DNA of 54,155 nucleotides from an uncultured Gammaproteobacteria bacterium (GTDB lineage Bacteria; Patescibacteriota; Patescibacteriia; Patescibacteriales; UBA12465), in the NCBI GenBank assembly GCA_964548885.1, contig CAZJSQ010000004.1:1-54155 (forward strand). Direction: 5' to 3'. A model generated the notes under the pieces. That model was not told the origin of the DNA and searched no databases. It was given only the letters and a program-made list of their open reading frames with translations. Below are positions 1-9,722 of this stretch, one piece after another. Position 1 is the first letter of the stretch. The number at the start of each line of letters is the position of its first letter. The translations under genes were made by a program, and so were the position numbers.

Positions 1-174
1 ATACCAGCGCACAATACTATAATGATTGGGGTTGGGGATGATACGCACCGCGATAACGTCAGCCGTATCAGTATTTGAAGATTGCGCGTCAGCTTCAGAC
101 AAAAAAGGCGACTTGGCCGTAAAAACCAAACTGATTCCTAAAATAATTAATAGAAAAACTCTGAAATTCTTCAT
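1..174 (-). CDS. 5' part of a secreted protein, third gene of the giant surface-protein operon; truncated by the window edge
   Basis: Not in the ORF track. ATG at 174 reads MKNFRVFLLIILGISLVFTAKSPFLSEADAQSSNTDTADVIAVRIIPNPNHYSIVRWY, with a signal peptide and an open frame to the edge. An alternative in-frame ATG lies at 192. Confidence 0.8.
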   Translation of the reverse strand, partial: MKNFRVFLLIILGISLVFTAKSPFLSEADAQSSNTDTADVIAVRIIPNPNHYSIVRWY

Positions 175-200
175 ACCGCTATAATTCTTCATACTGCTAT
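165..200. repeat. 18-bp tandem duplication spanning the start codon
   Basis: aattcttcataccgctat (165-182) and aattcttcatactgctat (183-200), one mismatch. Confidence 0.85.
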
Positions 201-221
201 AAACTAATTAACTGACTGCCT

Positions 222-3200
222 TCAACCGTTAACCTTAGTGGAGGTAGCGATTTTCGTAACCGTAAAATCATCAATATATAGATCTGTTCCGCCACTCATG
301 GTTGAATTATATCCGGTAGACATACCGACCTCGATCAATTTATTCCCCGACCGATCAACCCAAGAAGCCATTTCCGAAGTATAATCAAAAGGATAATAAT
401 ACCAAGACCAGTTAGTATAAGCATTGGCGGCAATGGTCGGCAAATAATTACCATTATAACATTTCTTCTGGGCCGGACCCATATAACAGCAGGCATCTGC
501 CTGATCGGAACAAGTCGGCCCCATGGCGCAAGGATCAACCCCGGGAGCCGGCGTCGGATAAACGGCTCCGTTCTTCCATGAATATCCCGATGCCAAAGCA
601 CCGACGTATGAATAAGGAACGCAGAAAGTGGACCAGCCTAAAGCAGCCGCTAAACCGACGCTAACATCAGAAACTGCCTTGCCTTTATAATAAAAATTAA
701 TCGCATAATGATCGCCTAATTTAAAATCTAAACGAGCTAAACTATAAGCCAAGCTAAGCCACATTACCCGGTTGCTTTGTCCCCAACAAAGAGTCTCTCC
801 TTCATGATAAACGGCCGCTTCATCAGGATGGCAGTCGTCCGGATTGGGAAAATTACAGGTTCTATCCGCCGCGACCCAGACACAGGCGCCGGTGTCGGCG
901 CAATGTTTCTGATCGCAAGACCCCGGATAAGCATAACCGGCATCTTGATGCAATAGCACGCTTTGCTTGCCGGACAAGAACTCGGCCTGACTTATTTTTA
1001 TTGATGAACGCTGTTGATAGCTTGAAGACCAGTCTTGCGGCAAACCGTCGGCAGTCGCTTTTTCAAAATCAACATTAGTCAGAATATTTAAAAAAAAATC
1101 AAAGTTAGCGCAGTTCGGTTTGGCCGGAGTAGCGCAGCTGGTTTTTACAAAATTAATCTCCGTTGATTTGCCGCTCTCATTTTTATTAACGTCAACGGCG
1201 CTAATAGCAAAAAAGTGGCTGCCAAAATCAAATTTATTAACATCAAATTCCGTCGAGGTCGCCTGGGCGCCTAAAGGGAAAGATTCACCGTAACTTAAAG
1301 AATAGACCCCATGATATAAGATATAAGAATTAGTCTTGTCTTCATTGGCCGCCCAAGTAAATAATAATTTGTTATTTTTTATTTCCGCTTGCAAGCCTAC
1401 CGGCGCGTTTGGCGGCGTCTTACCGCTTGGCGTAGCGCTTCGCTCGCCGGTTAAAAGACTTTCTGCCTTATTGACGGAAATCACGGAAACCTTGAATACA
1501 TAAAGAGTATCGCCGGTTAATCCGGAGACGGATGCATGGCAATTATAGGTATTTCCGGCCAAGACGCAAGCGCTGACATCAACTGCTTTTTCAAACATCG
1601 TTCCCTTACCTGATTTCAAATAATAAATTTTATAAGAACCAACTTGACTAGCGGCCGATTGCCAGCTGACCTCAACGGCGCCACCGGTCTGCAAATCAAT
1701 TGCCGCCGTTATTTCTCCGCCGGATATCAAAGCTTCGCGAAAAAAATATGATTCTTTCAAGACATCCCAAATACATAAACCGTCAAGAGTCCCGTCGCCG
1801 TTCTTGTCGGTGCCACAAGCGGCTCCGCTTGTAGAACAAGAACTGCGGTCAGCGCTACAGATAAGATTGGAACTTTGGCCGCGAATGACCGCCTGATTGA
1901 TGATTGCCGGCAAATCATCCAAAGTTCCAGATCCCCCCGAGTCGCGGCAATAGTAAAATTTATAATTATAATTAGAGCAAGCGCCTCCGATCGAACCGGT
2001 ACAATTATCCGCCCAAGGCGACCACAGGCCGGTACTCGCGACCGGCGGCCAAGGATTCTTACATAAGAACACATAAATATTGGCGGCTTGATTAAAGTTA
2101 TTGCCTCCGGAATAAGCGTTACAGCACTTATTAGAACAAATCTCATCGGAACAGGAACAACTGCCGCTGTTGCAAGAACCGGAGATAAAATTATTCATAT
2201 TGACCGTTGCTTTAACTTGCGTTTCGGCGTCAGTGACTCCGCTTACCGCGGCCACAAAGACCTTATTCCGAGCTAATCCGGAAACAGGAACAATAGAAGC
2301 GACGGCGGGATTGTTAATTTGGAAATCCCAGATCCAAAAATAACCGGTTACCGGCTGAATCGGCTGATTATTCAAACTATAAGCCTGAGCTGTAAAAACC
2401 TTGTCTTTATCGGCGACCGTGTCAAAAGTTTTATTATTAACGTCCGTATCATTTTCATTCAAATTATTATCCGCAGTACTAAATAAATAAGAAAATGGGG
2501 AGACATTAACATAATCAAGGGCGCAAATTCCGGCCAGCGGTCCCTGGTCCGATAGAGTGGAAAATTTTATAATCTGGGAATTAATGTAATTCTTATTATT
2601 GAATTTAATGAATTCGCTCTCGACGTAAGCGCCAGTATCATTATTAAAATAACCTAAACCGTTGAAGCCTATTCCGGCAAAACTTAAAATTCCAGACTGG
2701 CTATTCAGATTTGTATCACCAAGAACTACCAGATAATAATTGGAAGAAGCGGCTAATAATTTCTTCGGAGAAAAAACTAAAGAAGTATTCTCGCCATTAG
2801 TTTCCCCGGCAACTGTTCCCGGTATCGCGCAATATAGATTACTCTGATTGGGCGTATCTGCTAAGACGGGGCCGAAGAAATGTTTAGCTAAAGTTTTCCC
2901 TTGATGGCTGATATTATCAATCAAGCGCGCCAACCAGCCCTGATTCTGACGAGCTAATAATTTTTCTACGAAATCAGTTTCCGCTAAGAAAGTTCCGGCC
3001 GGACAAACGCCGTTGCCGTAGGCGCGTTCTTCTAATAATAAAACATTGCCGGCTAAGCTGCTGCTATCCATCGTCTGATCAAAATCAACTTTAATGACAG
3101 CATTGCGGCAGACATCCGTCTGCAGATGAGCCGGAGCGGTGCTAGTTATCGTCGGCCGCGCTTGGCAACAAGTGTCAGTGCCGCAACCGACGGTAGACGG

Positions 3201-6200
3201 CGAGCCGCATTCATCATCCTTGGAACAACCGCAACATAAGCCCCGATTCGCTCCCGAGCAATTACCTTTATCGGCTAAACATTGTAGTTTAGGGTCTATC
3301 GCCGTACAAGCGTCGGTAGTTGCTTCCGGCTGGCAACAACAAGTACCGCAATCTACATCCAGCGTGCCTAAAAGTCCGCTCGGCGAAAAGCAACCAAAAC
3401 CTTCAAAAGTACATTTATCGGTCGCGCAGGTTGAAGTGGCTTTACCGGCGCAGGAAAGACCCGGACCAGTCGGAGGATTGACACAATTCTTAGTGCAGGA
3501 GTTCAGATTATTATAAACTCCTGTCCGCTGCGGCGTCGTGCTGGCGCAAACATCACCGCTCGTAGGAGCGGCCTCACAATTATAATAAGCACAATAGCCT
3601 TTATCGGGATTACCGGCCGCGCCGGAAATCTGCGTTCCTAAAGTACAAGCATCATCGCTCGGCGCCGGAGTATTTTTAGAATCAAAACAACAGCGAGAAT
3701 TTGTTTGGCAAGCGCTAAAGCTTAAGCCGGGGCAAGGGTTGGCGTTAGCACAATCGTCGGCACAAGCCGTCGGGCTGGCATAATTACCGATCTGAACCGG
3801 AGTCGTGGAAGCGCACTCCGTCGGGTTAATTATTGAACAGTCATAATAAGCACAATAACCATAAGCCGGATTTCCCGGGGTTGAAGCAACTAATAAGCCA
3901 TCGCCGCCACGACAGATATCATCGGTCGTGGTCGCAGTCTTCTTAGCATCCAAACAGCAAGAGTTACTGTGATCAGTACATTCGGAACCGTTTAAATTAG
4001 AACAATCAGTACAGACACCGTCGGGAAAATCTGTATTATTGGTATTGCAAAATTGTCCGCTGTGTCCGCTACAATCACAGGCCGCATCATGTTCGGCCGC
4101 CGTCGTACCGACTGCCGCGCAACCGCCGCAACGGCCTAAAGTCGCGCCGCTGGTTCGGCCGGTATCGGAACCGCAGGTACCTTCACAGGTCAAAGGAGCA
4201 CAGCAATCGCGCGCGGCTTGGCCGATAGCACAACAACAATCGCATGTCGGTTGATCAGGAACGACGCAGTTGTCGGCTTCTCCAATAGCCGGATTGTCGG
4301 AACAGGTCGCACCGCTCGGACAAATTTTTTCAGAAACACAGTGTCCGACCCCGGAAATATCTTCACAAGTAAAATCGAATGAACAGATAGAACAATTAGA
4401 GATTAAATCAATACAGCGATTTCCATTAGCTCTGGTCCAGCCAAACGGACAGGATGAAGGGGTAGTTATCTCCCAATGACTATCGGTATTACAACTCTGC
4501 GTCGCCGAATAATTTACTCCATAGAAATTATAAGTAAAAGTGGAATCTAAATCGCAAGTCGCGCCCGTTCCATTCTTAAGGCACTTATCTATCGAGGCGT
4601 TGTAAGTACAATTATTTAAACCCAGCTCCCCGCAACCCGCGACCGTCGCGCAGCTATAATCGCAATTGCCGACCGTCTTAGTTCCGCCGCCGGCATAAGG
4701 CGAGCAAGTGCCCGGAACGTTCGGACAAGTCGCGCCCGTCTGACAGGAACCGAAATACGAGGCTAACCCGGAACAGCTATAAGCGTAAGGATTGGTGGAA
4801 GTGCCAAAGCCGGTGTTGAAACTCCATTCAAAAACCGAAGTTGGGATATTTATGAAACAATCCGCGATTGTATTGACGCAACGTCCTTTCTTATAAGTAT
4901 TGGGCGGACAGCAGACCTGCGTGCCGCAATCGGAATTGACGGCGCATTCGCCGATGGAGAAATTCAATTCGTTCCCCCAGCGGCTATTTTTTATAACTCG
5001 GACCGGACCGGTAATCGAAGCGGCCGGGACGGCCGTCTTGATGGTATCGGCGCGTCCATCTTTTACGATGGTGCCGGTCGCGGCTTTTTGATAATTGAAA
5101 TGAATAAGGCCTTCATTATTAAGCTGGCCGAAATATTCCCCCCAAAGAGCAATCGGAGTCGCAATCGGACCGAATTCGGGGTCTATCTTACAAAGACTGG
5201 TGGCCAAACTTAAATTTTTATCCGAATGAAAAGTATTCGGGTTTAACTTTTGCGTATCTAAAGTTGTCGTACCTTTAACCACTTTAATAAACTGATAACC
5301 ATCCGCCAATCCGGTGGGAACTTTAACGATTATCTGGTTATCTTTCCAAACGGAATTAAGACACATATCCGGAAAATCATAAGCTGCTTCGGAATTGCCG
5401 AAAAAAACCTGCGCCGAGCCGCGCGCCCCGCCGAAACCATTACCTCTGATAGTCACATATTGGCCGGCATTGCCTTCAGTCGGAGTAAACGAAGAAATGA
5501 ACGGACCCTCGCCCGGTTCCGGTTCCTTGGTAAAACTTAAATAATTGCTTTTCTCTTGATGGCCGTTGATATTATTCTGGACAAAACTGCCAGATTCGCC
5601 GGATTTGATATTCGGAATCGTGGAAGTTCCCGTTAAGCCGCCGGGATTAGTAAAGCTAGAGTTCAAGGCTCGGATATTGCTCTGATAATTGCCGAAGTAA
5701 GCATTACCGGAATATAGATTAATTCCTTGATAACCTATTTGCGAGCTTAAGACGCCGCTATTCGGGCTCAAATAACATAAGCCCGGACGCGCGATGTTAT
5801 TCGCTTGAAAATTGGGAATGGCCGGACCGTAAGAATTATTAGTCGTATCTTCAAGGTTATCGGAATTAATAACTTTGATAGCGCCGGTGCTGACGTCGCC
5901 GGGAATTGCCACGACGATTTCGTTATCGCGCCAGGTAGTAGTACAAGCGGAATTAAGTTCTACCGGGTTGCGGCCGTCGCGCGGATTGCCGTCGCCTTCA
6001 AAGATAACCCGGCTGGAAGTCGCCGAATAAACGCCAAAATTTTTGCCGATAACCGTGATAAAATTTCCCGCGGCACCGTTAGGGGCGGTAAGATTGCAGG
6101 TTGTAGCACAATCGCCGTCGGCGGTACAGGTCTGATTCGGATTGCTGTCGCAGAAACCGCCGAGCGGACTGATGGCGGTAATGATCGGCAATCCATAGCA

Positions 6201-6905
6201 AGTGCAGGTCGAAGGATGACAAGTCAAATACTCGGAACAGCGATTATTGTCGGCGTTGCAAGAAGTATTGGTTAAATCACTATCGCAAGAATCGCCTAAA
6301 TTCCCTTTCGCCTTACAACCGCAGTCCTTGTCGTCGCAATAATCGGTCGAAGCGCAAATCTGCGCCGCCGCCTGGCAGCCCGGATTGACGCTGGCATCGC
6401 AGCTGGTCGGCTTACCGGAACCGCCGCTGCAATCAGAACCGATGCAGAATCCATAAGAACCGCCGCTGCAGACCATCGCGCCCCCGCAACCGCAAGACAT
6501 GCTTTCCCCGTCAAGACAGCCGCTACCTGTTCCGTTAACCGCGCCGCTAAGACGAGAAATGATGAAAGTCGCTATGGCCCATGATGATAAGATAATCACC
6601 AAGCCGATAGCCGCGTTTTTTAAAATCTTTTTGGCGGTTGTAATTTTTTCTTCATCACCGTCGGAAGTCATCCATAAGAAACCGGCGTAGGTCATCAAAC
6701 CGACGGCGATCACTCCTAAGAACCCTAAAGCAATATTGATTATCCGGCCGACAATAGTCCGCGGGTCAGTTGAGCTTAAAGAACCGGCCAAACCGGTGTT
6801 GACTTCGTTAGTCCCGAAATTTTGAGCCAAAGCGAAATTGGCCGCCAATAAACCGGCAGTTAAGAGGGAAAATACTAATAAGTTTTTTAAAACTTTTTTA
6901 TTCAC
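222..6905 (-). CDS. Giant 2227-aa Cys-rich surface protein: signal peptide, TrbC/VirB2-like pilin domain, IPT/TIG repeats, Cys-rich repeats, Ig-like (Big_5/SbsA-type) domain, FN3 domains, C-terminal CBM-like domain
   Basis: GTG start and AxA signal peptide. Pilin-like segment IINIALGFLGVIAV..YAGFLWMTS.G.EEK...AKK...NA.IGL.II. IPT-like motifs (PFISSFTPTEG..GQYVTIRGNGFG; W.DNQIIVKVP). Ig-like PTITSTAP..VCRNAVIKVDFDQ. FN3 motifs (VEVSWQ..SYKIYY..SGL...YVFKV). C-terminal NVDFE...LYIDDF. Confidence 0.85.
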   Translation of the reverse strand: MNKKVLKNLLVFSLLTAGLLAANFALAQNFGTNEVNTGLAGSLSSTDPRTIVGRIINIALGFLGVIAVGLMTYAGFLWMTSDGDEEKITTAKKILKNAAIGLVIILSSWAIATFIISRLSGAVNGTGSGCLDGESMSCGCGGAMVCSGGSYGFCIGSDCSGGSGKPTSCDASVNPGCQAAAQICASTDYCDDKDCGCKAKGNLGDSCDSDLTNTSCNADNNRCSEYLTCHPSTCTCYGLPIITAISPLGGFCDSNPNQTCTADGDCATTCNLTAPNGAAGNFITVIGKNFGVYSATSSRVIFEGDGNPRDGRNPVELNSACTTTWRDNEIVVAIPGDVSTGAIKVINSDNLEDTTNNSYGPAIPNFQANNIARPGLCYLSPNSGVLSSQIGYQGINLYSGNAYFGNYQSNIRALNSSFTNPGGLTGTSTIPNIKSGESGSFVQNNINGHQEKSNYLSFTKEPEPGEGPFISSFTPTEGNAGQYVTIRGNGFGGARGSAQVFFGNSEAAYDFPDMCLNSVWKDNQIIVKVPTGLADGYQFIKVVKGTTTLDTQKLNPNTFHSDKNLSLATSLCKIDPEFGPIATPIALWGEYFGQLNNEGLIHFNYQKAATGTIVKDGRADTIKTAVPAASITGPVRVIKNSRWGNELNFSIGECAVNSDCGTQVCCPPNTYKKGRCVNTIADCFINIPTSVFEWSFNTGFGTSTNPYAYSCSGLASYFGSCQTGATCPNVPGTCSPYAGGGTKTVGNCDYSCATVAGCGELGLNNCTYNASIDKCLKNGTGATCDLDSTFTYNFYGVNYSATQSCNTDSHWEITTPSSCPFGWTRANGNRCIDLISNCSICSFDFTCEDISGVGHCVSEKICPSGATCSDNPAIGEADNCVVPDQPTCDCCCAIGQAARDCCAPLTCEGTCGSDTGRTSGATLGRCGGCAAVGTTAAEHDAACDCSGHSGQFCNTNNTDFPDGVCTDCSNLNGSECTDHSNSCCLDAKKTATTTDDICRGGDGLLVASTPGNPAYGYCAYYDCSIINPTECASTTPVQIGNYASPTACADDCANANPCPGLSFSACQTNSRCCFDSKNTPAPSDDACTLGTQISGAAGNPDKGYCAYYNCEAAPTSGDVCASTTPQRTGVYNNLNSCTKNCVNPPTGPGLSCAGKATSTCATDKCTFEGFGCFSPSGLLGTLDVDCGTCCCQPEATTDACTAIDPKLQCLADKGNCSGANRGLCCGCSKDDECGSPSTVGCGTDTCCQARPTITSTAPAHLQTDVCRNAVIKVDFDQTMDSSSLAGNVLLLEERAYGNGVCPAGTFLAETDFVEKLLARQNQGWLARLIDNISHQGKTLAKHFFGPVLADTPNQSNLYCAIPGTVAGETNGENTSLVFSPKKLLAASSNYYLVVLGDTNLNSQSGILSFAGIGFNGLGYFNNDTGAYVESEFIKFNNKNYINSQIIKFSTLSDQGPLAGICALDYVNVSPFSYLFSTADNNLNENDTDVNNKTFDTVADKDKVFTAQAYSLNNQPIQPVTGYFWIWDFQINNPAVASIVPVSGLARNKVFVAAVSGVTDAETQVKATVNMNNFISGSCNSGSCSCSDEICSNKCCNAYSGGNNFNQAANIYVFLCKNPWPPVASTGLWSPWADNCTGSIGGACSNYNYKFYYCRDSGGSGTLDDLPAIINQAVIRGQSSNLICSADRSSCSTSGAACGTDKNGDGTLDGLCIWDVLKESYFFREALISGGEITAAIDLQTGGAVEVSWQSAASQVGSYKIYYLKSGKGTMFEKAVDVSACVLAGNTYNCHASVSGLTGDTLYVFKVSVISVNKAESLLTGERSATPSGKTPPNAPVGLQAEIKNNKLLFTWAANEDKTNSYILYHGVYSLSYGESFPLGAQATSTEFDVNKFDFGSHFFAISAVDVNKNESGKSTEINFVKTSCATPAKPNCANFDFFLNILTNVDFEKATADGLPQDWSSSYQQRSSIKISQAEFLSGKQSVLLHQDAGYAYPGSCDQKHCADTGACVWVAADRTCNFPNPDDCHPDEAAVYHEGETLCWGQSNRVMWLSLAYSLARLDFKLGDHYAINFYYKGKAVSDVSVGLAAALGWSTFCVPYSYVGALASGYSWKNGAVYPTPAPGVDPCAMGPTCSDQADACCYMGPAQKKCYNGNYLPTIAANAYTNWSWYYYPFDYTSEMASWVDRSGNKLIEVGMSTGYNSTMSGGTDLYIDDFTVTKIATSTKVNG

Positions 6906-6916
6906 AAAATTTTATT

Positions 6917-9595
6917 TTATTGGCAATTACCGTCGGCGCCTAAAGCGCTGGTCGCCGAACCGAAACAGCAAGACGGCTGTTCGGCCGTAGCGTTACAACC
7001 CGGGCCAAGACTCGGCTTATAGCAATTCTGATAAATATCTTTAACGCCGGAACCGACTTGGGCGCGGAAAGTCAGAGACTCGGCCAAAGGAGAATGAAAA
7101 ATCTTGGTGATAGTTATGTCCGGTTCTTCGTCCAAAGGCGACACATCCTTATTCTCGCTGGAAATCCAGTAACCCAAAGCGCTCGGCGCCGAAGAACGCA
7201 GATTAATCAATTTATGTTCAAAAGTAGAAGACCCGTTATTAACTAGGATGCTGCCGGTATCAAGAGAGCTATTAAGCATCAAGGCGTTGAAATTTATCGT
7301 TATCGGATCGGCCAGCCCGATTCCGCCTTGACCTTGGACTGGAGTGACGGAAGTAATCTGAGGCGGTGTCAGCATTATCTGATCATTGATATAGAAAGAC
7401 CATTTATATTTATCTTTCTTATTGACATTCACGGTCGCATCATAATTATCATTATAAAAATCCCCGGGACCGTCGGAATAAGTGTTACGGTCGCCGTCAA
7501 AAGAGTTTATGGCCGCGTCCACGATTCCGTCGAGGCTGTTTAAATTAGCGGTCGGATAATTATGCCCTTCAGAATCTTGGCAAGTACGATAGCCGAGCGT
7601 AGTCGCCGCGCAAGTCTTATAAGGAGCAAAGGCTAAACAATCGCCGTCGGCCGTACAAGTCTTCAGATTAGCCGTCATGAGCTCGATGGATAAATGGCTG
7701 TTGGCCGGCAAACAATAAATCTCTTCGCCGCAGCCGTTAACCCCGCATTTGACGTCGGAAATAAATTCTAAAGTCTTATAAACGTTACTGACCGTAAATT
7801 TTCCGCCCAAATAATCGCCGACACAAGCGTTATTCTGACATTTATAAGATCGGCAATCGGCTTCCCGGCTACAGGCCGTCCCGGCGACACTACTGGAAGC
7901 GTTAGCGTTAACCACTCTGATATATTTATAGACTTCACTCGCCGAGCCGGAAACGGTAATCGGATTAATCGCTTCATTAAAATTTATTTGAATAGCGGAA
8001 TTCATCGGCCGATCCTGCCTATCCTTGGGCTGGCTTAACTCCTGGCGATTCTGGCCGCCGGACAAAGCGCGCAAAGATAAAGCGCCGGTGTTGGTCGTCG
8101 TCACCGCGATATTATTTCCGGCCGTCCCGGCGACTTTAGCGCTAAGGCCCACGGTCGCGCCGGTAAGGCTGACATCAATATCGGGATGGCCGCTTAGCTT
8201 TGCTTGAATATTCGCGGCTTGAGCGTTAAGACCGCAAGCCGGCGGAACGATGATATTGTTATTCTCACCCGTAGAAGCAAAAGTATAAACCGTATTATTA
8301 ACGGTCAAAGTGTCGGCCAACCTCTCCGGAGTAACGGAAATAGTCCATAAACTTCCGGCCGGGTGGCTGGTCGCCGTCAAAGTCAGAAAATTAGCGAAGA
8401 CCGCGACTCCCGTCGCGTTAAAATCGGCAACTCCTAAAAGATTATCGGAAGAATCAAAAAGTTGAGCCTTATCGGGAGCGTCGGCCGGAACGACAACTCT
8501 GAAACTGACCAATCCGCCATGATAATTAAGAACAACGGCGGCGGTCGCGGGACTGACGCTATTTATACTGGCCGGGGCATAGGTGTTCGGACAAGAATTA
8601 ACGGTAACCGCGCCCGTGGCCGCGGTCGCGGCCGTCACCACTTTATAAAGATCTTTTTGATTATCCGGTAACGGAAAAATCCCGGCCGGAACAACCAGCG
8701 GCGGCGTTAAATCAAATTTGGTGTCAACGGTAAAACCCCATTGGGCCAGATCGGAATTACAATTTTTAAACATTGAATCCCCGCCCAATTTCTTAACCTG
8801 GCTAGTCAGTTTAATGACGTAAGCGGTATTGCTATTGGCTGATCCTAAGGCGCTTAAAGGCATGAGAACTAAAATCTTATTGACGCCGGTAACGCTGACC
8901 AGGACATCGGTGACGTTAGTATTGGCGCTCGGACAAGCCGAATTAGAACAGGCGTCGCCGAGTTCAGTCTTATAAAGACGGATAGCGACCGGGTTTATTT
9001 TATTGCAATCGCTGGAATTGCAGGCGCAAGAAGCGCCGGTACCATTTATGCAGATAGAATCCGTCTGTAATTCTTCTTTAAAAGTAACCATGATTGAAGT
9101 GTTGCGCGGCACATCGGTCTGACCGCTCTCCGGATAAGTGCTGGCGATAGTGCAGGCGCCGATAGAACCGATACCGGCATTCAGGGAACCCGCGCCGGAT
9201 CCGTTATTGTTGCCGCCGATGTTAGCACCGGTGGCGGCTATTAAACGGGTAAGGATAAAAGTCGTGATCCCCCAAGCGGACAAAATTATCACTAAACCGA
9301 TAACCGCGTTCCGCAAAATTTTTTTTGCTTGAGAAACTTTTTCCTCTTCGCCGCCGGAAGTCATCCATAAAAAACCCGCGTACATCGTCAAGGCGATGGC
9401 GATAACTCCTAGAAAGCTCAAGGCCCACTGGATGATGCGGCCGATAATAATCCGCGGATCAGTCGCGCTCAGCGCGCCGCCTAAACCGTTGCTGACTTCA
9501 TTAACGCCAAAATCGGCCGCTAACACAAAATTAGTCGCCAAAAGAATCGCTAAAAAGCTCAAAGATAAGCCTATTAATTTAACTTTTTTAGCCAT
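6917..9595 (-). CDS. 892-aa secreted protein with N-terminal TrbC/VirB2-like pilin domain and Ig-like (Big_5) domains
   Basis: Signal peptide, then a pilin segment paralogous to the neighbouring giant gene. Ig-like starts: TYPESGQTDVPRNTSIMVTF, PMNSAIQINFNEAINP, PPQITSVTP...PITINFN. Cys clusters present. Confidence 0.85.
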   Translation of the reverse strand: MAKKVKLIGLSLSFLAILLATNFVLAADFGVNEVSNGLGGALSATDPRIIIGRIIQWALSFLGVIAIALTMYAGFLWMTSGGEEEKVSQAKKILRNAVIGLVIILSAWGITTFILTRLIAATGANIGGNNNGSGAGSLNAGIGSIGACTIASTYPESGQTDVPRNTSIMVTFKEELQTDSICINGTGASCACNSSDCNKINPVAIRLYKTELGDACSNSACPSANTNVTDVLVSVTGVNKILVLMPLSALGSANSNTAYVIKLTSQVKKLGGDSMFKNCNSDLAQWGFTVDTKFDLTPPLVVPAGIFPLPDNQKDLYKVVTAATAATGAVTVNSCPNTYAPASINSVSPATAAVVLNYHGGLVSFRVVVPADAPDKAQLFDSSDNLLGVADFNATGVAVFANFLTLTATSHPAGSLWTISVTPERLADTLTVNNTVYTFASTGENNNIIVPPACGLNAQAANIQAKLSGHPDIDVSLTGATVGLSAKVAGTAGNNIAVTTTNTGALSLRALSGGQNRQELSQPKDRQDRPMNSAIQINFNEAINPITVSGSASEVYKYIRVVNANASSSVAGTACSREADCRSYKCQNNACVGDYLGGKFTVSNVYKTLEFISDVKCGVNGCGEEIYCLPANSHLSIELMTANLKTCTADGDCLAFAPYKTCAATTLGYRTCQDSEGHNYPTANLNSLDGIVDAAINSFDGDRNTYSDGPGDFYNDNYDATVNVNKKDKYKWSFYINDQIMLTPPQITSVTPVQGQGGIGLADPITINFNALMLNSSLDTGSILVNNGSSTFEHKLINLRSSAPSALGYWISSENKDVSPLDEEPDITITKIFHSPLAESLTFRAQVGSGVKDIYQNCYKPSLGPGCNATAEQPSCCFGSATSALGADGNCQ

Positions 9596-9722
9596 TGTTC
9601 AAAATGATAAAAATTTTTAAACCAGCATTCAATATGGTATGATTGTGATACCCTTATTATAACATATTATAACATAAACCGGTTAAAATAAAAAAGGGCG
9701 TTAATCTCAAAACTAAGCTAAT

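Noticed and set aside
222-1100. Diversity-generating retroelement target at the giant protein's C-terminus
   Set aside because: No reverse transcriptase, and no TR/VR pair differing at adenines, was seen in this window.
335-9620. Many 60-160 aa alternative-frame and antisense ORFs here and throughout the window
   Set aside because: They lie inside well-supported genes, lack motifs and read as codon shadows.
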